Source: Ranitomeya imitator | Lineage: Eukaryota | NCBI RefSeq assembly: GCF_032444005.1 | Contig: NC_091291.1 | Location: 144,150,001 to 144,214,000 of the forward strand | DNA length: 64,000 nt | Direction: 5' to 3' | Shown here: in pieces, positions 37,803-50,904 of the stretch | Position numbering within the stretch: the stretch's first letter is position 1 | Layout of the letters: each line of letters opens with the position of its first letter | The notes under the pieces: generated by a model | The model's database searches: none | What the model was told of the DNA's origin: nothing | What the model saw: the letters and a program-made list of their open reading frames with translations, nothing else | Made by a program: the position numbers and the translations under genes

Positions 37803-38482
37803 GTCAATCACGTGGTCACAACTACGAAGCGGAGGAGTCCTATGAGCCCAGAGGTCCGTTTCTGCCATTTTTCCTTGAGGAGCCCAGAACAGACAGGTCG
37901 ACACAGACCGATGGAGAACATGGCCTCCGGCCAGCCCCACTTCCCATGATGCCTCGGTCCACGGATCCACCACGCACCAACTATTACCAAAAATCATTTC
38001 CGCAGCCGTCACTGGACCGCAGCCATGGGGGCTGGGTGCTGGGGGAGCAGCTCCGGAGCTTCACGGCCGCACAGGAAGGGCTGCGGAAAGTGATACTGAC
38101 CAAGGTGAATGCGTTACACTTGGACTTGTGTCAGCTCGCCACCGGCGCGGACAGGAACAGCGCCGTGTTCAGGAAGATCCTAAAAGTGGAGACGGAGAGA
38201 AACCATCTGCTCGCTCACCTGAACACCAACATCAGCAAACTGACCGCGAGCTTACACCTCCTAGCAATCCAGCAGAGCAGCGACCAGAGGGCGGCACAAG
38301 CCTTGTGTGACCAGGAGGGGGCAGCACCCGAGGAAACAGCCAGACTGTCAGCCGCTGCCGCCAGCCCGTTACCTCCTCCTGCCCAGTACCGCTACTCAAT
38401 GCGGGCGAGAACAGCGCCTCCTACTACCTTAAACTATAGCTCTGACCTAAGACCGAAACCTGCGAAGAGAGGCCGGAAATAA
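37803..38482 (+). other. Candidate terminal coding exon (680 nt, phase 1) of unknown ownership
   Basis: Strong acceptor tttaac...ctccaccttcccattttag at 37802, open frame to TAA 38480-38482, overlapping AATAAA 38478-38483; non-repetitive sequence. Confidence 0.45.
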
Positions 38483-38610
38483 AAGCATCATGAACGTTGT
38501 TAAAACTTTTTTCTATTAACAGGAAAATATGAAATTTTTTAGGCTCTGGTTATTAAAAGGTTTAATAATGAATCTTTGATTATTTCATCAACTAACATTA
38601 CAGAGAGAAA

Positions 38611-40152
38611 CAGAGCTGCACTCAGTATTCTGCTGGTGCAGTCACTGTGTACATACATTACATTGCTGATCCTGAGTTACATCCTGTATTATACTCCAGA
38701 GCTGCACTCCCTATTCTGCTGGTGCAGTCACTGTGTACATACATTACTGATCCTGAGTTACATCCTGTATTATACTCCAGAGCTGCACTCAGTATTCTGC
38801 TGGTGCAGTCACTGTGTACATACATTACATTACTGATCCTGAGTTACATCCTGTATTATACTCCAGAGCTGCACTCACTATTCTGCTGGTGCAGTCACTG
38901 TGTACATACATTACATTACTGATCCTGAGTTACATCCTGTATTATACCCCAGAGCTGCACTCGGTATTCTGCTGGTGCAGTCACTGTGTACATACATTAC
39001 ATTACTGATCCTGAGTTACCTCCTGTATTATACTCCAGAGCTGCACTCACTATTCTGCTGGTGCAGTCACTGTGTACATACATTACATTACTGATCCTGA
39101 GTTACATCCTGTATTATACTCCAGAGCTGCACTCACTATTCTGCTGGTGCAGTCACTGTGTACATACATTACATTACTGATCTTGAGTTACATCCTGTAT
39201 TATACTCCAGAGCTGCACTCACTATTCTGCTGGTGCAGTCACTGTGTACATACATTACATTACTGATCCTGAGTTACATCCTGTATTATACTCCAGAGCT
39301 GCACTCACTATTCTGCTGGTGCAGTCACTGTGTACATACATTACATTACTGATCCTGAGTTACATCCTGTATTATACTCCAGAGCTGCACTCACTATTCT
39401 GCTGGTGCAGTCACTGTGTACATACATTACTGATCCTGAGTTACATCCTGTATTATACTCCAGAGCTGCACTCACTATTCTGCTGGTGCAGTCACTGTGT
39501 ACATACATTACATTACTGATCCTGAGTTACATCCTGTATTATACCCCAGAGCTGCACTCACTATTCTGCTGGTGCAGTCACTGTGTACATACATTACATT
39601 ACTGATCCCGAGTTACCTCCTGTATTATACCCCAGAGCTGCACTCACTATTCTGCTGGTGCAGTCACTGTGTACATACATTACATTACTGATCCTAAGTT
39701 ACATCCTGTATTATACCCCAGAGCTGCACTCACTATTCTGCTGGTGCAGTCACTGTGTACATACATTACATTACTGATCCTGAGTTACATCCTGTATTAT
39801 ACTCCAGAGCTGCACTCACTATTCTGCTGGTGCAGTCACTGTGTACATACATTACATTACTGATCCTGAGTTACATCCTGTATTATACCCCAGAGCTGCA
39901 CTCACTATTCTGCTGGTGCAGTCACTGTGTACATACATTACTGATCCTAAGTTACATCCTGTATTATACTGCAGAGCTGCACTCACTATTCTGCTGGTGC
40001 AGTCACTGTGTACATACATTACATTACTGATCCTAAGTTACATCCTGTATTATCCTCCAGAGCTGCACTCACTATTCTGCTGGTGCAGTCACTGTGTACA
40101 TTACATTACTGATCCTAAGTTACATCCTGTATTGTACTCCAGAGCTGCACTC
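38611..40152 (-). repeat. 86-bp satellite array in inverted orientation
   Basis: Reverse complement of the 18731-27984 unit. Confidence 0.97.
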
Positions 40153-40342
40153 GCATTGCTTGGCGTCTTGTTGCTGCCCCTTCACAGCTCAGTATATTTT
40201 GGGTGTAGGGGGACAGGTGGCGATCTTAGACCCCCGGCAGCTGTTCTCTGTGGTCAGACTGTCTCTGTCCGCCAGCGTTGATGATCAGTGCTCTGCAGCA
40301 TTTCTACTCCTCACTTTAAGATAACTATTCCCCTCTGTGCAG

Positions 40343-40375
40343 GTTTTGCGCCGTTATCGGCCATTACAAGGAGCG
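40343..40375 (+). CDS. fam118b: Candidate FAM118B penultimate exon (33 nt, GFAPLSAITRS)
   Basis: ccctctgtgcag acceptor, gtgagt donor, phase 1 to phase 1. Human has a small exon at the equivalent position, but there is no sequence similarity. Confidence 0.4.
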
Positions 40376-40739
40376 GTGAGTTCTGTGTGTTTGATGAATG
40401 TCACTATTCACGGGGAGGATACCTTTATCATCCCCATCACTCACACCAATTTGTCATGAACCGGGATTGTTTGGTTGCCCCTGGTTTTCTGATGGGGATT
40501 TATCTATATCCCACTTCTGGTTTGGAACTTGCAGCTCTCTGATGCCCCCCTACCCTCAGGTCAGTCAGGGTACTGCTAGGATAATTAGTCGCCAGAAAGG
40601 CTGCATTACTTTGTACTGGCTAATATCCCCCGTAGCTCCAGGATGCAGCCTCGTATAGCGATCACGGAACTACCATTCTTCTGGGCATGATCTTGGCATT
40701 AATTGGAGCCTAAACACAACTTGGTATGAGCTCCTGTCA

Positions 40740-41389
40740 AGGTACCGTCACGCTGAGCGACGCTGCAGCGATACCGACAACGATGTTGATCGCTGCAGCG
40801 TCGCTGGAGAGCTGTCACACAGACAGCTCTCCAGCGACCAACGATGCCGGTAACCAGGGTAAACATCGGGTTACTAAGCGCAGGGCCGCGCTTATTAACC
40901 CGATGTTTACTCTGGTTACCAGCGTAAAAGTTAAAAAAAACAAACACTACATACTTACCTTCCGCTGTCTGTCCCCGGCGCTGTGCTTTCCTGCACTGAC
41001 TGTGAGCACAGCGGCCGGAAAGCAGAGCGGTGACGTCACCGCTGTAATCTGTTTTCCAGCCGGCGCTTACACAGTGCAGGAAAGCACAGCGCCGGGGACA
41101 GACAGCGGAAGGTAAGTATGTAGTGTTTGTTTTTTTAACTTTTCCGCTGGTAACCAGGGTAAACATCGGGTTACTAAGCGCGGCCCTGTTTACCAGTGAA
41201 GACATCGCGCCGATTCAGCGATATCTGCGGGGAGTCCAGCGACGAAATAAAGTTCTGGACTTTCTGCAGCGACCAACGACATCACAGCAGGATCCTGATC
41301 GCTGCTGCCTGTCACACTGGACGATATCGCTAGCGAGGACGCTGCAACGTCACGGATCGCTAGCGATATCGTTCAGTGTGACGGTACCT
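40740..41389. mobile_element. Second copy of the aggtaccgtcacac MITE
   Basis: aggtaccgtcacgc ... gtgtgacggtacct; same internal palindrome as 34794-35526. Confidence 0.85.
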
Positions 41390-41514
41390 TTAAGCAGTGA
41401 TCAGTTTCTCTGTATCCGCTGCACCTAGAAAACGCACTGTGTAATGGCGCAGCCGATGCACATAAGTTATATATTGGTTATCTCTGTCACTAATTGGGGT
41501 CAAATGATGCCTAA

Positions 41515-41775
41515 GGCTACTTTCACACTAGTGTCGGAATCTCCCCGTCGCAATGCGTCGGGCAGAGATTCCGACGCTAGCGTTTAACGCACTGCACAAC
41601 GGAGGCAGCGGATGCGCCGGAGAAATGTGAGGTGGGGGCGGAGTTCCGGCCGCGCATGCGCGGTTGGAAAAAGCGGTCCGTCAGGAGCAAAAAACGTTAC
41701 ATGTAGCGTTTTTTGCTCCCGACGGTCCGCCAAACACGACGTGTGGCAATCCGTCGCAATGCGTCGTCAATACAC
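41515..41775. mobile_element. MITE fragment (ggctactttcacact family)
   Basis: taa|ggctactttcacactag start; internal inverted repeats; right end not seen. Confidence 0.5.
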
Positions 41776-41924
41776 ACTGGAGTTTTAAGTTACAACTGTA
41801 TTCTGGGGGGAGGGAGTTGCCTGCAGACTGCCTGGAACAGTGTGGGTCTGTGCGGGGCTGAGGGTCATCCATGAAGGGTCGAGGGTCATCTGTGCAGGAT
41901 ACTGACTCTCGTTCTCTCCTACAG

Positions 41925-41938
41925 GTAGCAGTAAATGA
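41925..41938 (+). CDS. fam118b: Probable FAM118B last coding exon (G-S-S-K-stop)
   Basis: gttctctcctacag acceptor; phase-1 GT AGC AGT AAA TGA parallels the human C-terminus G-C-S-T-stop; AATAAA at 42588-42593. Confidence 0.6.
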
Positions 41939-42587
41939 TGCCGCCACTCTCTGTGAGGCCGCTGCAGCACAAGTCTTTCTGGAGGACGAGGTGACGTCAG
42001 TATGGAGGACGGGAACATTGGAGCCGACGTGACACCGTGCCGCTCATCAGGCAGTTTGGCGGCAGCTCTATCAGTGTCCAGATGACGCGCACTCCTAGGA
42101 TTCTCCACGCTGCTGTACAGCGACCTGCACCCATGTCACATCCAGCGTCGAGGATCTCACCTAGTACAGACCACTCTGATGTGCAGACCCCCCACATCTT
42201 TCCACGTTGTCATGCACACTCTTCTGGTCAGTACACCTGTACGGTGCTAGTACTTCTCTCAGCTGGGGGTTTGTTACCATGTCTCCCTCCTAGCATTAGC
42301 CAGTTGTCATAATGCAGTTACTCGAGTTCTTCTCAGAGGCTGCAACTGGCACAAACCTTCACCTGTGAGGTCCAGAAATGTGAAGCTTCTCACGTCAGAG
42401 TTACAGAACTGTATGATCACAATTCCTGTCTGGTCTCTATCATCCGGATCCTCTGTGACCAGTGATGACTGACGGCAGCGCTAAGGATGGCGGACAGTGG
42501 TCTGCTCGCTGCTCTGGAGGGGGAGAGACGCCATATTCTTGCCGACACTTCATACGATGTGTTGACAGGCGGCCAAGCTGCAAACTA

Positions 42588-42593
42588 AATAAA
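42588..42593 (+). terminator. Candidate FAM118B polyadenylation signal
   Basis: AATAAA ~650 nt after the probable stop and before the convergent SRPRA end. Confidence 0.4.
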
Positions 42594-42627
42594 TGCATCA
42601 GGGGACAGACTGCTGGGTAATGAGAGG

Positions 42628-42792
42628 CGCCGTGCCGGACCCCCTGAATCTGTGACAGGCGCCGCGCCGGCCCCCCCGAATCTGTGACAGGCGCCGTGCC
42701 GGACCCCCTGAATCTGTGACAGGCGCCGCGCCGGACCCCCCGAATCTGTGACAGGCGCCGCGCTGGACCCCCCCGAGGCGGTGACAGGCGCC
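42628..42792. repeat. ~32-bp repeat, ~5 copies
   Basis: gtgacaggcgccg(t/c)gccggaccccc(t)gaatct. Confidence 0.85.
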
Positions 42793-43791
42793 TGACAATA
42801 ACACACAGATAGATGGTTTATAATTATGTAAGAAATGTATTCTCTTATAAATTATTTTCGCTCTGATCCATATATTGCACGTGAGCAGAACTTGGTGCCG
42901 TGACACGAGGTGCGGACGCCTCCTGCCTGAATGAACATATGGATACGGCCTCCGACAGACAGACGAGCAGGAACCCCGAGATCTGGCCAGCACTATGCGG
43001 AGGGGAGCGCCCCCTGGAGGCAGCAGCCTCGCTCTGCACTGAGAACTGCTCTGGAGGCGTCTCGGCGAGTTCTCGGCGCAGTGCTGACAGATGGCGCAGC
43101 CCCCGTGAGGGCCGGAGACAAACACTGAGGGGCCCTCCATCCCCATGTAAAGGAAGCAGTCTCTGCATTCCACACGCCCTTCATTACCACAGGATCTCTG
43201 CTTGCCATCAGTGAATGTGTCCTGCCCCAATATCTGCATCCAGAGCAGACATCACAAGTCAGTGCTGTTAAGTCCCAGCTGTTATGTTCGGAGTCATCTA
43301 GACTAGATCCAGACGTGAGAGCGCTGGTCAGGAAAGTGTGCTAAGCCTCGGAGTGCAGACATTCACTGACAGCAAGCAGAGATCTTGACAAGAAATGATA
43401 ATACAAGGTACATACGAATGTCATACATGAGATAGGATCGTTTACACGCGCCCGGAGGACCCCTTTAAGGGATTGCAATTGGTTTAGCAGCAATAGAATA
43501 TAATGATGTGGCGCCATCTGCTGGACACTGAGCATGTGACAGCAGTTAGTCTGGTGAGGACTGATCCCGCCGGGGGGATGGGGCGCACAGCGCCGGTGCC
43601 TGCAGTATGGACTGTGCCTGACCTTCCACCTCCGTCCTGGGGATGCCGGATTATTGGAATCATCATGTACGATGTGGCCGGTGTCCTGACCCGGGTCGGC
43701 CAAGTCTACAGGGCGAGGATTCAGGCAGCGAGTGTTCACATCAGCAGAGAACATGGCGGATAAGAAACCTGGACTGTGGCGAGCGCAGCGC

Positions 43792-43920
43792 TCAGGCTTT
43801 CATCAGCGCTCCCACCACCGCCTTCACATTCAGGCTGCGCAGGTCGCAGTACGTCTGCCCCGTGCCCACAAACACGATGGGCTGCCCGGTGATGTACGTC
43901 ATGGAGATGGCAGCGCCCAC
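43792..43920 (-). CDS. srpra: SRPRA exon 14 (last)
   Basis: [42 protein letters not shown]; 129 nt. Confidence 0.98.
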   Translation of the reverse strand: MGAAISMTYITGQPIVFVGTGQTYCDLRSLNVKAVVGALMKA

Positions 43921-44638
43921 CTGCGGGAGAGAAGAGACCCCTGGGATCAGTGCACAGGCTGCAGCTGGTTTATCCCCACAATCTCTGCTTGCTGGCAGGA
44001 GATCCATCATGGTGGTTTCTAACACTGGCGCCTGTGGCCAGGATGATAACGGAGAAGCCGTCCTCTGTGAGACGGACACGGCGTGAACAGATCCCCAACA
44101 GCAAGCAGAGATCCTGACATTGGCGAGGAAACAAAAAGCAGGACACAGAATAACCACTAAGCAGAAGAGAGTGGGGACGAGGATTGTGGGGCAGGATGGC
44201 ATAGAAGTGGTGCAGCTTGATATAAATGCAGCTCTCGGTGTGACTAGAGATCTGATCAAATAGCAAAAGGCAAAGCACAATTCTGTGCAAATACTAAGTC
44301 TGAGTAAGGGTGCAGCTGCCTCTTTAAAAAGTTATCCCCCCTCCAACTTGCTCATTGCTGAGGATCTGGCCACGGAGACCTCCTGAAATCAAGGCTCCAG
44401 AAACCTGAGAAAAGGGCTCTGCCACCCATGAGGATTGGAGTGAGCGGCGCGCACTCGACCTCTGCTCTACTCATTGTCTATGGGACTGATGCAAATATCA
44501 GAGCAAGCACTATAGACAATGAATGGAAGGAGGGAAGCTGAGCATGTGCCCCGATCCTCACAGAAACAGACTCTGCTCTTGGGATCCTGGGGGGCTTAGT
44601 GGGCAAAACCCCAGAAATGAGCAACATATCCCCTAAGG

Positions 44639-47600
44639 TAGTGGTGGCGAACCTATGGCACGAGTACCAGAGGGCACTAGCACCATCTCCTCAGCACTAC
44701 TATTACCGCCGCCACCATGCTACTCTGCACGCACGACTTCTCAGCCCATGCGCCATCCCCCATCAGGCTGTGCTAGTGCTGAGGAAATGGAGCACACACA
44801 GGTAGCACAGTGCTATATGAAAAGTCCAAGGCAGCAGGGAACAAGCAGAAGAGAGGTATTTATTCTTTTTTCAATGTGGGGCCATTATATACTGCACAGA
44901 GCAGCACGTGGGGCCATTGTATACTGCACAGAGCAACACGTGGGCCATTGTATACTGCACGGAGCAACACGTGGGCCATTGTATACTGCACAGAGCAGCA
45001 CGTGGGCCATTGTATACTGCACGGAGCAACACGTGGGCCATTGTATACTGCACGGAGCAACACGTGGGCCATTGTATACTGCACAGAGCAGCACGTGGGG
45101 CCATCGTATACTGCACAGAGTAGCACGTGGGGCCATTATATACTGCAAGGAGCAACACGTGGGGCCATTATATACTGCAAGGAGCAACACATGGGCCATT
45201 ATATACTGCACAGAGCAACACGTGGGCCATTGTATACTGCACATAGCAGCATGTAGGGCCATTATATACTGCACAGAGCAGCACGGGGGTTTATTATATA
45301 CTGCACGGAGCAGCACATGGGGCCATTATATACTGCACAGAGCAGCACGTGGGGCCATTATATACTGTACAGAGCAGCACGTGGGGCCATTATATACTGC
45401 ACAGAGCAGCACGTGGGGCCATTATATACTGCACAGAGCAGCACGTGGGGCCATTGTATACTGCACAGAGCAACACGTGGGCCATTGTATACTGCACGGA
45501 GCAACACGTGGGCCATTGTATACTGCACAGAGCAGCACGTGGGGCCATCGTATACTGCACAGAGTAGCACGTGGGGCCATTATATACTGCAAGGAGCAAC
45601 ACGTGGGGCCATTATATACTGCAAGGAGCAACACATGGGCCATTATATACTGCACAGAGCAACACGTGGGCCATTGTATACTGCACAGAGCAGCATGTAG
45701 GGCCATTATATACTGCACAGAGCAGCACGGGGGTTTATTATATACTGCACGGAGCAGCACATGGGGCCATTATATACTGCACAGAGCAGCACGTGGGGCC
45801 ATTATATACTGTACAGAGCAGCACGTGGGGCCATTATATACTGCACAGAGCAGCACGTGGGGCCATTATATACTGCACAGAGCAGCACGTGGGGCCATTG
45901 TATACTGCACAGAGCAACACGTGGGCCATTGTATACTGCACGGAGCAACACGTGGGCCATCGTATACTGCACAGAGCAGCACGTGGGGCCATCGTATACT
46001 GCACAGAGTAGCACGTGGGGCCATTATATACTGCAAGGAGCAACACGTGGGGCCATTATATACTGCAAGGAGCAACACATGGGCCATTATATACTGCACA
46101 GAGCAACACGTGGGCCATTGTATACTGCACAGAGCAGCACGGGGGTTTATTATATACTGCACGGAGCAGCACATGGGGCCATTATATACTGCACAGAGCA
46201 GCACGTGGGGCCATTATATACTGCAGAGAGCAGCACGTGGGGCCATTATATACTGCAGAGCAGCACGTGGGGCCATTATATACTGCACAGAGCAGCACGT
46301 GGGGCCATTATTTACTCCACAGAGCAGCACGTGGGGCCATTATATACTGCAGAGAGCAGCACGTGGGGCCATTATATACTGCAGAGCAGCACGTGGGGCC
46401 ATTATATACTGCAGAGAGCAGCACGTGGGGCCATTATATACTGCAGAGAGCAGCACGTGGGGCCATTATATACTGCAGAGAGCAGCACGTGGTGCCATTA
46501 TATACTGCAGAGAGCAGCACGTGGGGCCATTATATACTGCAGAGCAGCACGTGGGGCCATTATATACTGCAGAGCAGCACGTGGGGCCATTATATACTGC
46601 AGAGAGCAGCACGTGGGGCCATTATATACTGCAGAGAGCAGCACGTGGGGCCATTATATACTGCAGAGAGCAGCACGTGGGGCCATAATATACTGCAGAG
46701 AGCAGCACGTGGGCCATTATATACTGCAGAGAGCAGCACGTGGGCCATTATATACTGCACGGAGCAGCACGTGGGCCATTATATACTGCAGAGCAGCACG
46801 TGGGGCCATTATATACTGCACAGAGCAGCACGTGGTGCCATAATATACTACACAGAGCAGCACGTGGGGCCATTATATACTGCAGAGCAGCACGTGGGGC
46901 CATTATATACTGCAGAGCAGCACGTGGGCCATTATATACTGCAGAGAGCAGCACGTGGGCCATTATATACTGCACGGAGCAGCACGTGGGGCCATTATAT
47001 ACTGCAGAGCAGCACGTGGGGCCATCATATACTACACAGAGCAGCACGTGGGGCCATTATATACTGCACAGAGCAGCACATGGGGCCATTATATACTGCA
47101 GAGAGCAGCACGTGGGGCCATTATATACTGCAGAGCAGCACGTGGGGCCATAATATACTACACAGAGCAGCACGTGGGGCCATTATATACTGCACAGAGC
47201 AGCACGTGGGGCCATAATATACTACACAGAGCAGCACGTGGGCCATTATATACTGCACAGAGCAGCACGTGGGGCCATTATATACTGCACAGAGCAGCAC
47301 GTGGGGCCATTATATACTGCAGAGAGCAGCACGTGGGGCCATAATATACTGCAGAGAGCAGCACGTGGGCCATTATATACTGCAGAGAGCAGCACGTGGG
47401 CCATTATATACTGCACGGAGCAGCACGTGGGCCATTATATACTGCAGAGCAGCACGTGGGGCCATTATATACTGCACAGAGCAGCACGTGGTGCCATAAT
47501 ATACTACACAGAGCAGCACGTGGGGCCATTATATACTGCAGAGCAGCACGTGGGGCCATTATATACTGCAGAGCAGCACGTGGGGCCATTATATACTGCA

Positions 47601-48761
47601 GAGCAGCACGTGGGGCCATTATATACTGCAGAGCAGCACGTGGGGCCATTATATACTGCAGAGCAGCACGTGGGGCCATCATATACTACACAGAGCAGCA
47701 CGTGGGGCCATTATATACTGCACAGAGCAGCACATGGGGCCATTATATACTGCAGAGAGCAGCACGTGGGGCCATTATATACTGCAGAGCAGCACGTGGG
47801 GCCATTATATACTGCAGAGCAGCACGTGGGGCCATAATATACTACACAGAGCAGCACGTGGGGCCATTATATACTGCAGAGAGCAGCACGTGGGGCCATA
47901 ATATACTACACAGAGCAGCACGTGGGGCCATTATTTACTCCACAGAGCAGCACGTGGGGCCATTATATACTGCACAGAGCAGCACGTGGGGCCATTATAT
48001 ACTGCAGAGCAGCACGTGGGGCCATTATATACTGCACAGAGCAGCACGTGGTGCCTATAATATTGTATAGAGGAATTTTTGTGCCCATTGTACAGAATAT
48101 AGGGCTGTGTGGGGAATCATACTGTGATGGGGACACCATTCTTTGCTGGGGGGGTACAGTAGGGTCATCATACTGTGTGTGGAGGAATTCCCTGTGGGGG
48201 GATCTTACTGTGTTTGGGGCCCGTTGGCATCATACTTTATTATCTGTATTATTCAGGGTTTTTTATCCTTTGTTATTATATATAATTACTCCATTCGGCC
48301 ATCTGCTCTTACAGAATATAGATTTCAATATAATTTCAAAGCATCATCGTTTTATTTGATACGTCACAATTGTAGACACTTTTTAACAAATATCAAGGTC
48401 GGCCGTGATTTTGGCCAAGCTTTTCATTTTGTCCCTTTGTGTATTTGAGTTTGACCTCCTTGGCTTAAAGGGTTATTGTCATCATGATAGTTACAATTGC
48501 AAAGAGGTTGTAAAAACAAAACAATTTTCCATTTTTCTTTTACTTTAGATTAAAAATCCTCTCCATTCTCCGGAACAGACGTCCACTGCAGTCGGTGGTG
48601 GGATCTTAGCTTGGAGTGCAGCGCTTACAAGCTCTTTGCTATAGACTCTGTAGTGCGCTGGTGTACGAGTTGTTTTCCTCAGTATTCAGGTTAAATTGCC
48701 GTGTTGGCACTGTGCTGTAAATCAGGGGGGTTTGGGCTGCAGTTTGGGCACTCGGTCGCTG
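44639..48761. mobile_element. Non-autonomous hAT-type element with 8-bp TSD carrying a 3.2-kb minisatellite
   Basis: CCCTAAGG at 44631-44638 and 48762-48769; left end tagtggtggcgaacctatggcacg; right end tttgggcactcggtcgctg with most of the TIR deleted. Confidence 0.75.
44874..48055. repeat. 30-32-bp minisatellite, ~100 copies, most containing CACGTG
   Basis: Unit tatatactgcacagagcagcacgtggggccat. Confidence 0.97.
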
Positions 48762-49184
48762 CCCTAAGGATTGTGGTCACGGGACATAGAACTAGTGATG
48801 GGCAGCGCAGAGTCCAGGAGCTGCCGCCCATCCTCAGGTCTAGGTCCTGATACCTGGCAGCAGTTGCAGGGGCTGCACACTGACAAGGTGCAGCATAAGT
48901 GTCTGATAGGCAGCGACTCTACACGTGCCGCTGCCTCCATTTCTACGGGGGTCTGTGCACTTGACAATGTTTGGAGCATCCATAGAAATAATCAGAGATG
49001 GACGCACAGTCCGGGCTGCGACCGCAAACGATGAGACCCTGCTCTCCCACTAGAGGTAACTGCTTTTATCAGACAGAACCGTCCCTTTAAAACAATTTAG
49101 TTTAGCAAGGAAGCAGCAGATCTCCTGTGTCCGTCACTTGACATCTTCCCCCAGCCAGACAGTAAGGGGCCCCGGTATAAAGAG

Positions 49185-50385
49185 CCACTGACAGCATAAA
49201 GGAGGAAAACTCCGGACAGTACGGGGCCCCAGTGACAGCATGAAGGAGGAAGGCTCCGGACAGTACGGGGCCCCAGTGACAGCATGAAGGAGGAAGGCTC
49301 CGGACAGTACGGGGCCCCAGTGACAGCATGAAGGAGGAAGGCTCCGGACAGTACGGGGCCCCAGTGACAGCATGAAGGAGGAAGGCTCCGGACAGTACGG
49401 GGCCCCAGTGACAGCATGAAGGAGGAAGGCTCCGGACAGTACGGGGCCCCAGTGACAGCATGAAGGAGGAAGGCTCCGGACAGTACGGGGCCCCAGTGAC
49501 AGCATGAAGGAGGAATGCTCCGGACAGTACAGGGCCCCAGTGACAGCATGAAGGAGGAAGGCTCCGGACAGTACGGGGCCCCAGTGACAGCATGAAGGAG
49601 GAAGGCTCCGGACAGTACAGGGCCCCAGTGACAGCATGAAGGAGGAAGGCTCCGGACAGTACGGGGCCCCAGTGACAGCATGAAGGAGGAAGGCTCCGGA
49701 CAGTACGGGGCCCCAGTGACAGCATGAAGGAGGAAGGCTCCAGACAGTACGGGGCCCCAGTGACAGCATGAAGGAGGAAGGCTTCAAACAGTACGGGGCC
49801 CCAGTGACAGCATGAAGGAGGAAGGCTCCGGACAGTACAGGGCCCCAGTGACAGCATGAAGGAGGAAGGCTCCGGACAGTACGGGGCCCCAGTGACAGCA
49901 TGAAGGAGGAAGGCTCCGGACAGTACAGGGCCCCAGTGACAGCATGAAGGAGGAAGGCTCCGGACAGTACGGGGCCCCAGTGACAGCATGAAGGAGGAAG
50001 GCTCCGGACAGTACGGGGCCCCAGTGACAGCATGAAGGAGGAAGGCTCCAGACAGTACGGGGCCCCAGTGACAGCATGAAGGAGGAAGGCTTCAAACAGT
50101 ACGGGGCCCCAGTGACAGCATGAAGGAGGAAGGCTCCAGACAGTACGGGGCCCCAGTGACAGCATGAAGGAGGAAGGCTCCGGACAGTACGGGGCCCCAG
50201 TGACAGCATGAAGGAGGAAGGCTCCAGAGAGCACGGGGCCCCAGTGACAGCATTAAGGAGGAAGGCTCCAGACAGTACGGGGCCCCAATGACAGCATGAA
50301 GGAGGAAGGCTCCAGACAGTACGGGGCTCCAGAGAGCACGGGGCTCCAGACAGTACGGGGCCCCAGTGACAGCATGAAGGAGGTG
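49185..50385. repeat. 44-bp minisatellite, ~27 copies
   Basis: Unit ggccccagtgacagcatgaaggaggaaggctccggacagtacgg; begins ~25 nt from the exon 13 donor. Confidence 0.96.
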
Positions 50386-50409
50386 GCTGCGGGAGGACGT
50401 CGGACTTAC

Positions 50410-50508
50410 CTTATCATCAATCGTGTCGAACTTGGTGAGCACGATGCCATCGATGAGCCGCGGCTTCTCGGACAGTGAGTGATCGGCCAGCGCCTTGTTA
50501 AACTTCAC
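50410..50508 (-). CDS. srpra: SRPRA exon 13
   Basis: VKFNKALADHSLSEKPRLIDGIVLTKFDTIDDK; 99 nt; AG/GT. Confidence 0.98.
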
Positions 50509-50591
50509 CTGTGATTATGAAGACGACACATTATCTCCATGAAGCATCTCAGCCCCAGCGCGCACCCAAATCCAGCAATATGTCACCGCAC

Positions 50592-50755
50592 CAGCTGATC
50601 CACCGCCTCATTGCCCACCAAGGCTTCCCCGACAAAAAGGACGAGATCAGGCATGTTGACGGCGATGAGCTTGGCCAGCGCGGTCATCAGGGGAGCGTTG
50701 TCCTGCATGCGGCCGGCCGTGTCCACCAGCACCACGTCATAACCCTGATTCCGAG
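50592..50755 (-). CDS. srpra: SRPRA exon 12
   Basis: [54 protein letters not shown] (DTAG GTPase motif); 164 nt. Confidence 0.97.
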
Positions 50756-50904
50756 CTGCACGAAGACAAAATAATCACAGAGGGTCTCATTCACCAGACA
50801 GCGCCGTCCCCCCAGAGCAGATGATCTAAGGAGCGTCACAAGCCTGGACCACCCCTGTATGGAATGAATCCTTCCTGTGCATCTCTCCTGCAGATAGCGC
50901 TCAC

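Noticed and set aside
48465-49090. TTAA-flanked Kolobok/T2 MITE (ttaa|aggg...ccct|ttaa)
   Set aside because: TIR match is only ~4 bp, and the span would straddle the better-supported hAT right end at 48761.
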